A stretch of 32,000 nucleotides of DNA from Pseudoalteromonas translucida KMM 520. GTDB taxonomy: Bacteria; Pseudomonadota; Gammaproteobacteria; Enterobacterales; Alteromonadaceae. Every line of letters starts with the position of its first letter. Position 1 is the stretch's first letter. Positions 1-10,081 of this stretch are shown here, in pieces. The notes beneath the pieces are model-generated. The model worked only from the letters and a program-made list of their open reading frames with translations, made no database searches and had not been told where the DNA came from. The position numbers and the translations under genes were made by a program. The stretch spans positions 2,340,001-2,372,000 of the forward strand of contig NZ_CP011034.1 in the NCBI RefSeq assembly GCF_001465295.1, written 5' to 3'.

Positions 1-1303
1 AGCCGTACGCTAAGCCGGCATTAAAGCTACCAGCCGACTGCTCTTTAACCGTAAAATCAACATCTACTTGGTCATCAACACCTGGGACTGGCACAACGTT
101 AAAATCAACTTTTTCCATATAAGGTAAACGCTGAATTTGTAACTTTGAACGCTCTAAGCTTTGGTTAGACAACCATGCGCCTTCAAGCTGTGTCATTTCG
201 CGACGCAGCACTTCATCAGCAGTACTTTGGTTACCACCAACAATAATACGACGCACATAAACACGCTTACCAGGGTTAACCGATAAGGTTAGTTGTACTT
301 CTTGATTTTCGTCATCAATTTGCGGAATTGTACGTACTTCGGCATTGGCATAACCAAAACGCGCTAAGTAGCTTTTTATAAATTCTTCTGAAGAGGTAAC
401 CACTGAGCCGTTATATAACTCTCCCGCTCGTAGTGGAATAACACTTTTAATTAAGTCTTCGCGGCCAAGTAAGTCACCAATAAAGTCAAAACCTTTAACT
501 TTATATTTAACCCCTTCAGTTAAGTTAGCGGTAACGTATACAGACTCACGCTCTGGGCTAACCGACACTTGGGTAGAGTCTATATTAAAACGTAGGTAAC
601 CACGGTCTAAATAAAAGCTACGAATTTTTTCTAAATCGCCTTCAATGGTTTGTTTTTGGTAGCGGTCGCTGCCCATAAACTGCCACCAAGGTAAGTCTTG
701 TTGCGACTCAGCCAGTTGTAATAGCTCTTCATTAGAAAAAAGTTCATTACCTACCAAGTTAATTTGACGAATTGATGCAGCATCACCTTCATCAAATTTT
801 AATTTAAGTTTAACCCGGTTACGCGGCAGTTTAGTGATACTAATATCTACTTTAGCGTTGTATTTACCAATACTATGGAAAAATTCAGTTAAGCCTTTTT
901 CTATATTATCAATAACGGTTTTATCTAGTGGTTCGCCTTGGCGAATATTTTGCTGATCAAGTGACTGATTAAGCTGCTCATCTTTAATATCTTTATTTCC
1001 ATCAAACTCAATAAAGCTAATTGTTGGGCGTTCAGTTACTTTAAAAACAACGTTATTACCGTCGCGTAGCGCTTTTATATTGTCAAAGTGACCTGAGCGA
1101 TAGAGAGACTTGATTGTTTTTGAAATCGTGTACTCATCAACATTATCGCCCACGTTAATAGGAATATGCGTTAATGCAGCACCCAGTGCTACACGCTGTA
1201 AACCTTCAACTTTGAGATCTTCAACAATAAAGGAGTTTTGGCCTAGGGCTGCAAAGCTTGCACCCAATAAACTTGAAACTACCAAATGTTTTTTTATAGC
1301 CAT
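1..1303 (-). CDS. bamA: Outer membrane protein assembly factor BamA, N-terminal ~434 codons (gene continues past the left window edge)
   Basis: Hand translation of the minus strand from the ATG (complement of 1301-1303) stays open to position 1. It reads MAIKKHLVVSSLLGASFAALGQNSFIVEDLKVEGLQRVALGAAL ... KEQSAGSFNAGLAYG, i.e. signal peptide, POTRA repeats and the start of the barrel. This closely resembles the E. coli BamA N-terminus. The position downstream of rseP is the conserved one. It is absent from the ORF track because it is truncated by the window. Confidence 0.9.
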   Translation of the reverse strand, partial: MAIKKHLVVSSLLGASFAALGQNSFIVEDLKVEGLQRVALGAALTHIPINVGDNVDEYTISKTIKSLYRSGHFDNIKALRDGNNVVFKVTERPTISFIEFDGNKDIKDEQLNQSLDQQNIRQGEPLDKTVIDNIEKGLTEFFHSIGKYNAKVDISITKLPRNRVKLKLKFDEGDAASIRQINLVGNELFSNEELLQLAESQQDLPWWQFMGSDRYQKQTIEGDLEKIRSFYLDRGYLRFNIDSTQVSVSPERESVYVTANLTEGVKYKVKGFDFIGDLLGREDLIKSVIPLRAGELYNGSVVTSSEEFIKSYLARFGYANAEVRTIPQIDDENQEVQLTLSVNPGKRVYVRRIIVGGNQSTADEVLRREMTQLEGAWLSNQSLERSKLQIQRLPYMEKVDFNVVPVPGVDDQVDVDFTVKEQSAGSFNAGLAYG

Positions 1304-1399
1304 TTTATTATATTTATCCTTTACAACTGTATTACCGCTTAGCATCGAAAAGTAAATTTACGAGCTGTACAATCGTGGTTCTAATTAGTCATTGTCACG

Positions 1400-2758
1400 T
1401 TAAAACGACAAACGCGATACATCATTGAACAAAGCGAAACATGTTAAAAAAATGAGTAGTAACGCACCCACTTTAAAACCAAACTCTTGTGTCTTTTCAG
1501 AGACTGGCTTTTTACGAAAAAGTTCAATTATGTAATACATTAAGTGTCCGCCATCAAGCACTGGCAAGGGTAATAAATTAAATACCCCCAAGTTAACACT
1601 GATCAGTGCTAAAAAGCTTAAAAACGCAACGAAACCGTAGCTTACGCTAGTCCCCGCGCCTACGGCAATGCCTACTGGACCACTTAAATTTTTAACCGAA
1701 ATCTGGCCTGTAATTAAATTACCTATCATATCAAAGCTAAGGGTAATTAATCGCCACGTTTCTTTACTCCCTCGCACAATACTATCGAGCGGGCCATAAT
1801 GTCTAGTTTCTATATAACCTTGCGGCCATTTTTCTACTATGGGTGCAACCCCTAAAAAGCCTTGCTCTATGCCCTGAGCGTCAACTCTACCTTGAGGTGT
1901 TACCGATATTATTTTTATAGTGTCTTGTCTTTTTACACTAAATTGTAATGATTTGTTAGCCGATTGGGTAATAAGATTAACTAATTGCTGCCAACTGCTT
2001 ATTTTTTCGCCATTTACAGCCACAATAGTATCATTTATTTTTAACCCTGCCAGCTCTGCTGCAGAGCTTTTAGTAACCGCAGCAATACTAAGTGTGGCTT
2101 GTGGTCTAAATGGTACTATACCTAGAGAGCTCAATGGTGGCACGTCTTGCTGATCAAGTTTCCAGCCGTCTAAATTGAGCATTTTTGTTTGCTGCTGATA
2201 GTTTTCGTTGCGTACAGTTACTGCAACGCTTTTATCACCTAAACTCGACATAAGCGCAAAAGTTGCGTCTTGCCAGGTGGTAATTTCATCATCACCAATT
2301 TTAATAATTTGTTGGCTCGGCATTAATCCCGCTTGCGCTGCACGACTGCCTTCAACCACACTACCAACTACAGGCTTTACCGATTGCACACCCACCATAT
2401 ACATAACGGCAAGTGCAAATATAGCAAATATAAAGTTAGCAACGGGCCCGGCAGCAACAATCGCTATACGCGCTTGTACCGACTTAGCATTAAACGATAA
2501 ATGGTGCTGATTTGCAGGTACTTCATCAACCCGCTCATCGAGCATTTTTACATAACCACCCAAAGGTATCGCAGCTATAACGTACTCGGTATCGTATTTG
2601 TCGCGCCATTTTAGCAATGGTTTACCAAAGCCGATAGAAAAGCGCAGCACTTTAACGCCGGCTTTACGCGCCACCCAAAAGTGGCCGTATTCATGTACTG
2701 TAACTAAAATGCCCAGCGCTAAAACAAATGAGCCGAGATTCCAAAAAAAATCGAACAT
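1400..2758 (-). CDS. rseP: Site-2 (RIP) zinc metalloprotease RseP
   Basis: 452-aa ORF with an HEYGHFWVA (HExxH) motif in the first TM segment, two central PDZ-like regions and a C-terminal LDGGH motif. Length matches E. coli RseP (450 aa). It lies between the cdsA/dxr block and bamA. Confidence 0.93.
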   Translation of the reverse strand: MFDFFWNLGSFVLALGILVTVHEYGHFWVARKAGVKVLRFSIGFGKPLLKWRDKYDTEYVIAAIPLGGYVKMLDERVDEVPANQHHLSFNAKSVQARIAIVAAGPVANFIFAIFALAVMYMVGVQSVKPVVGSVVEGSRAAQAGLMPSQQIIKIGDDEITTWQDATFALMSSLGDKSVAVTVRNENYQQQTKMLNLDGWKLDQQDVPPLSSLGIVPFRPQATLSIAAVTKSSAAELAGLKINDTIVAVNGEKISSWQQLVNLITQSANKSLQFSVKRQDTIKIISVTPQGRVDAQGIEQGFLGVAPIVEKWPQGYIETRHYGPLDSIVRGSKETWRLITLSFDMIGNLITGQISVKNLSGPVGIAVGAGTSVSYGFVAFLSFLALISVNLGVFNLLPLPVLDGGHLMYYIIELFRKKPVSEKTQEFGFKVGALLLIFLTCFALFNDVSRLSF

Positions 2759-2759
2759 A

Positions 2760-3965
2760 TTAATGCGTCACTTTTGCTATAAAATGCGATGCGCTTAAAC
2801 GCGCTAACCTATCGCACTCTAAAATTTCATCCAAGCTTTGCACATTGGTGTACGTGGCCGCTTCGAGAGTCTGTGCATTTATTGTGTATATATCGGTAAA
2901 ACCAATTTCACCATTTAAAAATGCACTTACCGCTATCTCGTTTGCGGCATTCACTGTCGTTGTTGCGCCTTGCCCTGAGCTACACGCATCAATCGCAAGT
3001 TGTAAGTTAGGGTAACGAGAAAAGTCAGGTTTAGTGAACGAAAAGTCACTAATATCAGAAAAATTCAACGGTTTAACCCCTGCATTTATGCGCTCAGGGT
3101 AAGCTAATGCATGGGCAATGGGGGTACGCATATCAGGATTACCCATTTGCGCTAAAATTGAGCCGTCGTGATACTGCACCATAGAATGAATAATACTCTG
3201 TGGATGAATAACCACATCAATATCACTCGGATCGCAGTTAAACAGCCATTTAGCTTCAATAAACTCAAGCCCTTTGTTCATCATAGTGGCCGAATCAACC
3301 GATATTTTTTGTCCCATAGACCAATTAGGGTGCGCCACGGCTTCTGCTATGGTTACATCTTTAAGGGTATTTATATCACGGGTTAAAAATGGGCCGCCTG
3401 AGCCGGTAAGTAATATTTTACTTACGCCATGAGATTGCAGGTGTTGATCGCCTTGCGCATTTTGTAGTGAATGCGGTAAGCATTGAAAAATAGCGTTATG
3501 TTCACTGTCTATTGGGAGCAATGTTGCTTTGTGTTGTTTTACTTTATCGATAAACAACTGACCCGACATAACTAATGATTCTTTATTGGCGAGCAGTACT
3601 TTTTTTCCAGCCTCTACTGCGCTTAGTGTCGGTAATAATCCGGCAGCGCCGACAATTGCCGACATGACAGCATCAACTTCTGGATGCGCACACAACTCGC
3701 TCATAGCCTGCTCACCATACATAACCTGCGTTTTGCATGGTGTCTTACTTAAATATAACGACAATTGCTCAGCAGCGCTTTGTGTTGCCATAACGCCATA
3801 ACGCGGCTGATGCGCAATGCATAGCTCAGCCATTTTTTTAGCATTTTGCCCAGCAGCTAATGCAAAAACACTAAACTGCTGACTATTCATTGCCACAACA
3901 TCTAAGGTATTAAGGCCAATAGAGCCTGTAGCCCCTAAAATTACCAGTTGCTGCTTTTTACTCAT
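2760..3965 (-). CDS. dxr: 1-deoxy-D-xylulose 5-phosphate reductoisomerase
   Basis: The ORF contains the GATGSIG NADPH-binding motif directly after MSKKQQLVILGATGSIG. I trimmed the ORF-track start (3989) to the ATG at 3965, which gives 401 aa (E. coli Dxr is 398 aa). This ATG overlaps the cdsA stop as ATGA. Confidence 0.92.
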   Translation of the reverse strand: MSKKQQLVILGATGSIGLNTLDVVAMNSQQFSVFALAAGQNAKKMAELCIAHQPRYGVMATQSAAEQLSLYLSKTPCKTQVMYGEQAMSELCAHPEVDAVMSAIVGAAGLLPTLSAVEAGKKVLLANKESLVMSGQLFIDKVKQHKATLLPIDSEHNAIFQCLPHSLQNAQGDQHLQSHGVSKILLTGSGGPFLTRDINTLKDVTIAEAVAHPNWSMGQKISVDSATMMNKGLEFIEAKWLFNCDPSDIDVVIHPQSIIHSMVQYHDGSILAQMGNPDMRTPIAHALAYPERINAGVKPLNFSDISDFSFTKPDFSRYPNLQLAIDACSSGQGATTTVNAANEIAVSAFLNGEIGFTDIYTINAQTLEAATYTNVQSLDEILECDRLARLSASHFIAKVTH

Positions 3966-4828
3966 AAACTCAAAGTCCACGCATAACACATTACAAACAT
4001 AGGTGCGGCTGCGGTTAGGCTATCAATACGATCTAAAATTCCGCCATGCCCTGGCAGGCAATTACCGCTGTCTTTAAGTCCTGCTTCGCGTTTAAACATA
4101 CTTTCTAGCAAATCACCCACCGCTGAAAACAAGGCAATAAACACAGTCATAATGGCGTAAATTGGCCATACGATTAAATCTACGTCGGTAAAATGACAAA
4201 ATGTAAGCACAAATATAACTGCAGCGACAACGCCGCCGGCTAAACCTTCAATAGTTTTATTTGGGCTTACTTTTGGCATGAGCTTACGCTTACCAAAACT
4301 TTTACCGGTAAAATAGGCACCAATATCGGCGCTCCATACAATTCCTAAAACCACTAAAATAAGCATAGAACCAAAATGACTAGATTCTGTATATTGCGCA
4401 CTGCGCAGCGTATTTAGGGCTAACCATAAAGGCACTAGTGTTAGTAATCCGGCAATACCGCGCATTACTATGCCTTCGTTCCATGCTTTAGCCATTTCTG
4501 GGTAGCGCCATACTAAATAACTAGCAACAATCCACCATGCAAACGACAGCGTAAATAAGTAATTTGCATCACCTACTAATTTGCCATCTTGCCAAAGTGA
4601 TTCGATTGGCCAGTGCAAGTTTAGTAACGCTAGCAAAGCGGCAACTAAAAGCACAAAAGCGCTGCGCTTAAGTTTATTGCACAGCCCCATAAAAGCAGAC
4701 CATTCCCATGCGCCCATTAATACAATTGCACCCGCAAAATAACTAAATAATGTCAGTGGGGTGTAAAAAACCAAAGCAAGCGCTAATGGTGCTAGCACGA
4801 GTGAGGTTAGAATGCGTTGTTTTAACAA
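3962..4828 (-). CDS. cdsA: Phosphatidate cytidylyltransferase (CDP-diglyceride synthase)
   Basis: Polytopic membrane protein with the C-terminal CdsA signature region (SxFKRxxGxKDSGxxLPGHGGxLDRxDS). The ORF-track N-terminal extension overlaps uppS. I propose the TTG start at 4828 (LLKQRILTSLVLAPL, compare E. coli MLKYRLISAFVLIP), giving 288 aa versus 285 aa in E. coli. The exact start is uncertain. Confidence 0.87.
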   Translation of the reverse strand: MLKQRILTSLVLAPLALALVFYTPLTLFSYFAGAIVLMGAWEWSAFMGLCNKLKRSAFVLLVAALLALLNLHWPIESLWQDGKLVGDANYLFTLSFAWWIVASYLVWRYPEMAKAWNEGIVMRGIAGLLTLVPLWLALNTLRSAQYTESSHFGSMLILVVLGIVWSADIGAYFTGKSFGKRKLMPKVSPNKTIEGLAGGVVAAVIFVLTFCHFTDVDLIVWPIYAIMTVFIALFSAVGDLLESMFKREAGLKDSGNCLPGHGGILDRIDSLTAAAPMFVMCYAWTLSL

Positions 4829-4848
4829 AATTATGACCCTTATTCTAT

Positions 4849-5610
4849 TTAGGTTTGAGCGAGTAATTGTTTTATTTGTTCGCCCGTACAACCAAATCGT
4901 CGCTCTCTGGCAACGTAACACGCTATGGCCTCAGCAAATGCTGCTTCATTAAAATCAGGCCACAGTGTGTCGGTAAAGTAAAGTTCAGCGTAAGCTGCTT
5001 GCCAGAGTAAAAAGTTACTAATTCTGACATCGCCACCAGTACGAATTAGTAAATCAGGCTCGGCCTGATCTGCCATACTCATGTACTGTGCTATACGCTC
5101 TTCTGTAATATCGGCTGGGTCTAATTGCCCCTGTGCAACTTGCTCTGCAAGTTGTTTAGCAGCATTAGCCATATCCCAACGTCCACCGTAATTTGCAGCA
5201 ACATTTAAATGCAGCCCGGTATTATTTGCTGTAAGCTTTTGAGCAGTATCTACTTTACTGCGTAAGCTTTCAGAAAACCGCGATAAGTCTCCAATAATGG
5301 TCAGTTTTACATTGTTTTTATGCAGCTTTTTAACTTCTTTACTAAGAACAAATAAAAAAAGCTCCATTAACGTTTTTACTTCGTCTTCAGGTCGACGCCA
5401 GTTCTCACTACTAAAAGCAAATAAGGTTAACGATTGTATCCCTAATTTAGTACAAAACTGTACAGATTGACGAACTGCGTCCACACCTTTTTTATGCCCA
5501 AACACACGCGGTCTATTTCTGGCTTGCGCCCAACGCCCGTTACCATCCATGATGATAGCTACATGTTTAGGTAAACATTGCTGTGAAATTGTGTCAGCAT
5601 CTAGAACCAT
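4849..5610 (-). CDS. uppS: Undecaprenyl diphosphate synthase (ditrans,polycis)
   Basis: [13 protein letters not shown] motif and conserved cis-prenyltransferase core. The long ORF-track start (5667) would read through a terminator hairpin. Plausible starts are the ATG at 5610 (253 aa, same as E. coli) or the ATG at 5628 (259 aa). Confidence 0.9.
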   Translation of the reverse strand: MVLDADTISQQCLPKHVAIIMDGNGRWAQARNRPRVFGHKKGVDAVRQSVQFCTKLGIQSLTLFAFSSENWRRPEDEVKTLMELFLFVLSKEVKKLHKNNVKLTIIGDLSRFSESLRSKVDTAQKLTANNTGLHLNVAANYGGRWDMANAAKQLAEQVAQGQLDPADITEERIAQYMSMADQAEPDLLIRTGGDVRISNFLLWQAAYAELYFTDTLWPDFNEAAFAEAIACYVARERRFGCTGEQIKQLLAQT

Positions 5611-5628
5611 AAATATTGAGTATTCCAT

Positions 5629-5664
5629 AAAAAAACGCCGCCTAGTATACCCCAGCCGGCGTTT
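5629..5664 (-). terminator. Rho-independent-type hairpin just upstream of uppS, possibly ending the frr transcript
   Basis: On the minus strand, AAACGCCG (5664-5657) pairs with CGGCGTTT (5640-5633), an 8-bp stem followed by a T7 run (5635-5629). It lies about 130 nt downstream of the frr stop and directly abuts the uppS start candidates. Confidence 0.5.
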
Positions 5665-5793
5665 CAAAACTAATATATTTAACCTGTACTCGGGATAATA
5701 AATCTATTTCAAGTAGCTACTTTTAACGCTAACTGCGTTGAATTTACTTGCAATAGGCTAAAACTCTTAGCCCAAGTGCAGCGTATTAGTTTC

Positions 5794-6351
5794 TTAGATT
5801 TCCATCAACTCAGCTTCTTTTGCTGCTAATTGAGTATCCATTTCTTTAATGAATTTATCGGTCATCTTTTGAATTGCTTCTTCAGCTTGACGCGCTTCAT
5901 CTTCAGAAATATCTTTATCTTTCAATAAGTTTTTAAAATCGCCATTGGCGTCACGACGAATGTTACGTACTGCAACACGACCGCCTTCAACTTCACCGCG
6001 AACAATTTTAATTAAATTTTTACGACGTTCTTCAGTCAATGCTGGCAATGGTACACGAATAACTGAACCTGCCGACATAGGATTTAAACCTAAGTCAGAT
6101 GCCATTATTGCTTTTTCTACCGCTTGCGCAAGTGACTTGTCAAATACACCAATAGCCAGTGTACGTGAATCTTCAATTGTTACGTTAGCAACTTGGTTTA
6201 ACGGTGTTGGCGAGCCATAATACGACACCATAATACCATCTAGCAATGCAGGATGAGCACGACCAGTACGAATCTTAGATAACTGGCTGCCCAGTGCTGC
6301 TACACTCTTTTGCATGCGCTCTTGCGCATCTTTTTGAATATCGTTAATCAC
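5794..6351 (-). CDS. frr: Ribosome recycling factor
   Basis: 185-aa ORF, the same length as E. coli Frr and similar throughout ([17 protein letters not shown]... compare E. coli MISDIRKDAEVRMDKCV). It sits downstream of pyrH. Confidence 0.96.
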   Translation of the reverse strand: MINDIQKDAQERMQKSVAALGSQLSKIRTGRAHPALLDGIMVSYYGSPTPLNQVANVTIEDSRTLAIGVFDKSLAQAVEKAIMASDLGLNPMSAGSVIRVPLPALTEERRKNLIKIVRGEVEGGRVAVRNIRRDANGDFKNLLKDKDISEDEARQAEEAIQKMTDKFIKEMDTQLAAKEAELMEI

Positions 6352-6365
6352 AGTTTAATCCTAAT

Positions 6366-7115
6366 CTATTTAATTACTTCATCTGAGGCTTGTGAAGAAA
6401 TAAGGGTTCCCTCTTCTTCACCCATAATAACACGTTTTAATGCGCCTGATTTATTCATATTAAATACGCTCAATGGCATATTATGATCGCGTGCTAATGT
6501 AAATGCCGCTAAATCCATTACTTTCAATTCTTTTTCAATTATCTCATTGTAACTTAAATGACGATAAAGTGTCGCATCTGGATTTTTAACTGGGTCATCG
6601 CTGTAAACGCCATCTACTTTAGTCGCTTTAATTACCGTATCGGCTTCAATTTCGATACCACGTAAACAGGCTGCTGAGTCGGTAGTAAAAAATGGGTTAC
6701 CCGTACCGGCTGCAAAAATAACTACGCGGCCCGTTTTTAATAAACTAATTGCTTCAGCCCAATTGTACGCATCACACATACCATGAAGTGGAATAGCCGA
6801 CATTAAACGACAGTTTACAAATGCACGGTGCAGCGCATCACGCATTGCCAAGCCGTTCATTACGGTTGCAAGCATACCCATGTGATCGCCAACAACACGA
6901 TTCATGCCTGCTTCTGCTAACGAGCCACCGCGTAAAAAATTTCCACCGCCAATAACTAAACCCACTTCTACGTCGAGCTCTACGAGCTCTTTAATTTCTT
7001 GAGCCATACGGTCTAACACTTTAGGGTCGATGCCAAAGCCTTCATCTCCCATTAAAGCTTCACCGCTTAATTTGAGAAGAACGCGTCTAAAAATAGGTTT
7101 ACGATTGATAGTCAT
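6366..7115 (-). CDS. pyrH: UMP kinase
   Basis: [23 protein letters not shown] matches the E. coli PyrH N-terminus ([23 protein letters not shown]). I trimmed the ORF-track start (7175) to the ATG at 7115, because the extension runs through the tsf terminator hairpin. Confidence 0.93.
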   Translation of the reverse strand: MTINRKPIFRRVLLKLSGEALMGDEGFGIDPKVLDRMAQEIKELVELDVEVGLVIGGGNFLRGGSLAEAGMNRVVGDHMGMLATVMNGLAMRDALHRAFVNCRLMSAIPLHGMCDAYNWAEAISLLKTGRVVIFAAGTGNPFFTTDSAACLRGIEIEADTVIKATKVDGVYSDDPVKNPDATLYRHLSYNEIIEKELKVMDLAAFTLARDHNMPLSVFNMNKSGALKRVIMGEEEGTLISSQASDEVIK

Positions 7116-7147
7116 AGTATTGGGGCCAACTTTTATAAAAAATGGAT

Positions 7148-7190
7148 AAAAAATAACCGCGCTTATGTTAAACATAAAAGCGCGGTTATT
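7148..7190 (-). terminator. tsf terminator (long near-perfect hairpin + T-run)
   Basis: AATAACCGCGCTTATGTT (7152-7169) pairs with AACATA-AA-AGCGCGGTTATT (7171-7190), an 18-bp stem with a 2-nt bulge. On the minus strand it is followed by TTTTAT. It lies between the tsf stop (7273) and the pyrH start (7115). Confidence 0.65.
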
Positions 7191-7272
7191 TTAAAGAATT
7201 TCTAGCTGTGAAGCAAAAGCAAATAACACATTAATTGCATGTCTTTTTTACTCCCTACACAAATAGTTAATC

Positions 7273-8124
7273 TTATTTAGCTTTAGCAGCAGCGATTTGT
7301 GCAGCAACTTCAGCAGCAAAATCTTCTTCTTTTCTTTCGATACCTTCACCAACTTCTACACGTACGAAGCTAGTAACTGTTGCGTTTTTCTCTTTAAGAA
7401 TTTCGCCAACAGTTTTCTTAGGTTCCATGATGAAAGCTTGACCAGTAAGAGAAACCTCACCAGTGAATTTTTTCATGCGGCCAACAACCATCTTCTCAGC
7501 GATTTCAGCAGATTTGCCTTCATTCATCGCGATTTCGATTTGTACTTGTTGTTCTTTAGCTACAACATCAGCAGGAACGTCTGAAGGAGTTAAGTACTCA
7601 GGGCTTGATGCAGCAACGTGCATTGCAACGTGCTTAAGTGTTTCTTCATCAGCAACACCAGCAACAACAACACCAATACGATCGCCATGACGGTACTCAA
7701 CTAGGTTTTCACCTGTGATGTACTGTAGACGACGTACGTTAATGTTTTCGCCAATTTTAGTTACTAGCTCAACGCGTGCTTCTTCAAACTTAGCTTGTAA
7801 GTCTTCGATAGTCACAGTGTCTGCAATTGCAGCTTCTGCTACTTTATCAGCAAACGCTAAAAAGCTTACGTCTTTAGCTACGAAGTCTGTTTGACAGTTA
7901 ACTTCAACTAGCACTGCAACATTACCATTTTTCTTGATAATGATAGCGCCTTCAGCAGCGATATTGCCTGCTTTTTTAGCTGCTTTAGCCGCGCCACTTT
8001 TACGCATGTTTTCAATCGCTAACTCGATGTCGCCATCAGTTTCAGTTAACGCTTTTTTACAATCCATCATGCCAGCGCCAGTACGCTCGCGTAATTCTTT
8101 AACTAGGGCAGTAGTTACAGCCAT
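7273..8124 (-). CDS. tsf: Translation elongation factor Ts
   Basis: 283-aa ORF. The N-terminal UBA-like segment [26 protein letters not shown] is nearly identical to E. coli EF-Ts. It follows rpsB. Confidence 0.97.
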   Translation of the reverse strand: MAVTTALVKELRERTGAGMMDCKKALTETDGDIELAIENMRKSGAAKAAKKAGNIAAEGAIIIKKNGNVAVLVEVNCQTDFVAKDVSFLAFADKVAEAAIADTVTIEDLQAKFEEARVELVTKIGENINVRRLQYITGENLVEYRHGDRIGVVVAGVADEETLKHVAMHVAASSPEYLTPSDVPADVVAKEQQVQIEIAMNEGKSAEIAEKMVVGRMKKFTGEVSLTGQAFIMEPKKTVGEILKEKNATVTSFVRVEVGEGIERKEEDFAAEVAAQIAAAKAK

Positions 8125-8158
8125 TAGTAATTCCTCAAATCTGAATCAGGTTTAGATA

Positions 8159-8216
8159 AGCGGGTTACCCGCTCTACAAGAATAGCAAGTCTTCACCTTT
8201 AAAAGATGAAGACTTG
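8159..8216 (-). terminator. rpsB-tsf intercistronic hairpins (candidate partial terminator/attenuator)
   Basis: Two hairpins are present. One is CAAGTCTTCA/TGAAGACTTG (8186-8195 with 8207-8216, 10 bp), followed on the minus strand by CTATTCTTG. The other is the palindrome AGCGGGT-T-ACCCGCT (8159-8173). A partial terminator between rpsB and tsf is known in E. coli. Confidence 0.35.
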
Positions 8217-8227
8217 AAGACAGCTAA

Positions 8228-8956
8228 TTACTCAGCTTCTACGAAATCGTCTTTTTCAGCTTGAGCAACAAGTGTGTTCTCACGGCCTTCAGTGATCGCA
8301 GTTGCAACAGCGTTAGTGTAAAGACTTACCGCACGGATAGCATCATCGTTACCAGGTACGATGAAATCAACGCCATCTGGGTTCGAGTTAGTATCAACAA
8401 TTGCAACAACCGGAATACCTAGGTTGTTAGCTTCACGGATAGCAATGTGCTCGTGGTCAGCATCAATAACGAAAAGCGCGTCTGGAAGACCGCCCATGTT
8501 CTTGATTCCGCCAAGGCTCTTTTCAAGCTTTTCCATTTCGCGGTTAAGCATTAACGTTTCTTTCTTAGTTAACTTCTCGAAAGTACCGTCTTGGCTTTGT
8601 ATTTCAAGGTCTTTAAGACGCTTGATTGATTGACGAACTGTTTTCCAGTTAGTCAACATGCCACCTAACCAACGGTGGTTTACATAGTACTGGTCGCTTG
8701 CGATTGCAGATTCTTTCACTGCTTCGCTTGCTGCACGCTTAGTACCAACGAAAAGAACTTTACCTTTGTTTGCAGCAGCACCAGATAAAAACTTAAGTGC
8801 AGTGTTGAACATTGGTACAGTTTGCTCAAGGTTGATGATATGTACACGGTTACGTGTGCCGAAGATGAAAGGCTTCATCTTAGGGTTCCAGTAACGTGCT
8901 TGGTGACCAAAGTGAACACCAGCTTGAAGCATATCGCGCATTGAAACGTTTGCCAT
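8228..8956 (-). CDS. rpsB: 30S ribosomal protein S2
   Basis: 242-aa [36 protein letters not shown] is almost identical to E. coli S2. Confidence 0.97.
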
Positions 8957-9110
8957 TTTATAGATCCTCTATAGTTGTTTAGGGTTAGGCCTCCACATAT
9001 CCCATAGCACCAACACCGAAGTATTTAAACTTCTAATGCACCCAAGTGTATGTGACGATACGTGTGTGTGTTAAAATAAAATTGTGTTTGCCTTAAATAC
9101 AAAAAATCAT
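8957..9110 (-). promoter_or_regulatory. Long rpsB 5' leader (candidate S2 autoregulatory leader); 5' boundary approximate
   Basis: About 270 nt separate rpsB from the divergent map gene. The minus-strand leader contains CACACACACG, GGGTGCATTAGAAG and GGTGTTGGTGCTATGGGATATGTGGAGGCC before the SD (AGAGGA). In E. coli, S2 autoregulates rpsB-tsf through a long structured 5' UTR. I did not verify the fold. Confidence 0.4.
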
Positions 9111-9227
9111 TAAAGAATTTATTTGTAAAAAGACGGCGCGCTTTATACCATATTAAAATTAAATACTCAACATCGCGTGCAAAAATTGTGCGACGATAAA
9201 TGTTCAAAACTCAACTTTGGAGCTTCA

Positions 9228-10013
9228 ATGAGCGCTATTATTAAGACCCCTGAAGAAATAGAGAAAATGCGCGTAGCTGGGCGCTTAGCGGCAGATGTAC
9301 TTGAAATGATCGGCCCATATGTAGTGCCGGGCGTGACCACCGATGAGCTAAATACAATTTGTCATGATTATATTGTTAATGTGCAACAAGCAATCCCTGC
9401 TCCATTAAATTATCATGGTTTTCCAAAATCAGTTTGTACCTCAGTAAACCATGTTATTTGCCATGGTATTCCAAACGAAAAGCCATTAAAAGATGGCGAC
9501 AGTATTAATATTGACGTTACCATAATTAAAGATGGCTACCACGGCGACACGTCTAAAATGTTCCATGTTGGTACTCCTAACATTCAAGGTAAACGCCTTG
9601 CAGAAGTGACGCAAGAAAGCTTATACCTTGCCATTAAAATGGTAAAACCAGGTGTGCGTTTAGGCGATATTGGCGAAGCGATTCAAAAATATGCCGAAAG
9701 CTTCAACTACTCAATTGTTCGTGAATACTGTGGCCATGGTATTGGCGCAGGGTTTCACGAAGAGCCACAAGTAATGCACTATGGCAAAGCAGGTACTGGT
9801 GAAGTATTAAAAGCCGGTATGTGTTTAACTATTGAGCCTATGGTCAATGCGGGCAAACGCCAATGTAAACTCCTTAAAGATGATTGGACTGTGGTTACAC
9901 GTGACCGTAGTTTGTCAGCCCAGTGGGAACATACTTTGTTAGTAACTGAAAATGGTGTTGAAATTTTAACGCTACGATCAGATGATACAATCGACAGGAT
10001 CATTGAGCATTAA
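9228..10013 (+). CDS. map: Methionine aminopeptidase type I
   Basis: MSAIIKTPEEIEKMRVAGRLAADVLEMI matches E. coli Map (MAISIKTPEDIEKMRVAGRLAAEVLEMI). I trimmed the start to the ATG at 9228, which has a TGGAG SD at 9218-9222; the ORF-track extension from 9177 is not conserved. Confidence 0.95.
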   Translation: MSAIIKTPEEIEKMRVAGRLAADVLEMIGPYVVPGVTTDELNTICHDYIVNVQQAIPAPLNYHGFPKSVCTSVNHVICHGIPNEKPLKDGDSINIDVTIIKDGYHGDTSKMFHVGTPNIQGKRLAEVTQESLYLAIKMVKPGVRLGDIGEAIQKYAESFNYSIVREYCGHGIGAGFHEEPQVMHYGKAGTGEVLKAGMCLTIEPMVNAGKRQCKLLKDDWTVVTRDRSLSAQWEHTLLVTENGVEILTLRSDDTIDRIIEH

Positions 10014-10081
10014 AATACCCGTTCAACTTGATAGCTATTTATTTATCAAAATGAACTCGTATAAATAAGGAATCAGCCCCG

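Noticed and set aside
2760-4828. dxr located between cdsA and rseP rather than between frr and uppS as in E. coli
   Set aside because: The frr-uppS-cdsA-dxr-rseP-bamA order is the common arrangement in Pseudomonas and many other gammaproteobacteria. E. coli is the variant, so this is not an anomaly.
5668-5793. 126-nt spacer between frr and the hairpin before uppS, with small hairpins (GGCTAA/TTAGCC, AACGC/GCGTT)
   Set aside because: The stems are short, there are no T-runs, and I recognised no ORF relic in any frame. It is probably ordinary intergenic DNA.
9025-9207. 60-aa minus-strand ORF in the rpsB-map spacer
   Set aside because: It lies in the rpsB leader/promoter region, has odd composition and no SD. 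It is better explained as non-coding regulatory DNA.
10021-10058. Interrupted AT-rich hairpin GTTCA-AC-TTGATA ... TATCAA-AA-TGAAC between map and glnD
   Set aside because: The stem is weak and AT-rich, and no U-run follows. It could be a leaky map terminator but the evidence is insufficient.
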